From positions 3,968,001-4,032,000 of the forward strand of contig CM059432.1 of assembly GCA_030390025.1 (NCBI GenBank): 64,000 nt of DNA, in the 5' to 3' direction. Source of the DNA: Squalus acanthias. Lineage: Eukaryota. Position numbers and translations under genes: made by a program. This document shows, piece by piece, positions 63,660 through 64,000 of this stretch (position 1 is the first letter of the stretch; each line of letters begins with the position of its first letter). The notes under the pieces were generated by a model, which was not told where the DNA came from, did not search any database, and worked only from the letters and a program-made list of their open reading frames with translations.

Positions 63660-64000
63660 TCACATCAGGCAGCCGCCCAGGCCATCTATTAGGAGGTTCC
63701 CAGCAAGACGGCGCCGGCCACAGCGACAGCAGAAAAAGGGCGGAAAGTTCTTCCGTTGCATTTTCAGGGCCCCACTGTCCCAGTTCTGCCAGGCGGGGGG
63801 CCTCAATAATCGGCCCACTGAGTGAGGTGAGGGCTTCCACCATTTTGAGGTGTTGGGAAAGAATAAGTTAGAGTAAACGATGCTGTGAAGAGGCTTTCAT
63901 TTTAATACAATTCCACTTGTTGACTATCGCCTAATCAGATTTCTACCAAAGGAGACTTGTTTCTGGAGGTAAAATACTCATAAGTATCTCATTTACCAGA

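Overview
Eukaryotic, repeat-saturated genomic DNA with no recognisable host-gene exon. HE1-like V-SINE, SacSINE1-like DeuSINEs and HER1-type CR1 tails point to a cartilaginous fish (shark); this is inferred, not searched. Most of the window is nested retroelement debris: many CR1 and L2 LINE fragments, one full-length CR1 (6109-10560, minus), a decayed Ty3/Gypsy element, a solo LTR, Penelope-type terminal fragments with minimal hammerhead ribozymes, and several PIF/Harbinger-type elements (one with a spliced Myb/SANT gene, the rest MITEs). The best candidate for an undescribed system is a single-ORF APE-endonuclease/RT LINE (47589-51718). Its 5' end is a tRNA-like cloverleaf with intact Pol III A and B boxes. 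Its ~3 kb sense strand has no TTTT by my manual scan, and SINE-like internal-deletion derivatives of it lie elsewhere in the window, so it may be a Pol III-transcribed protein-coding retrotransposon. Two further features of the full-length CR1 stand out: a U_UUA_AAC -1 frameshift site joining ORF1 to an AUG-less ORF2, and a tandem 69-bp TATA-containing 5' promoter array. All calls are by eye; family names are unverified by database search and fragment boundaries are approximate unless a TSD is cited.
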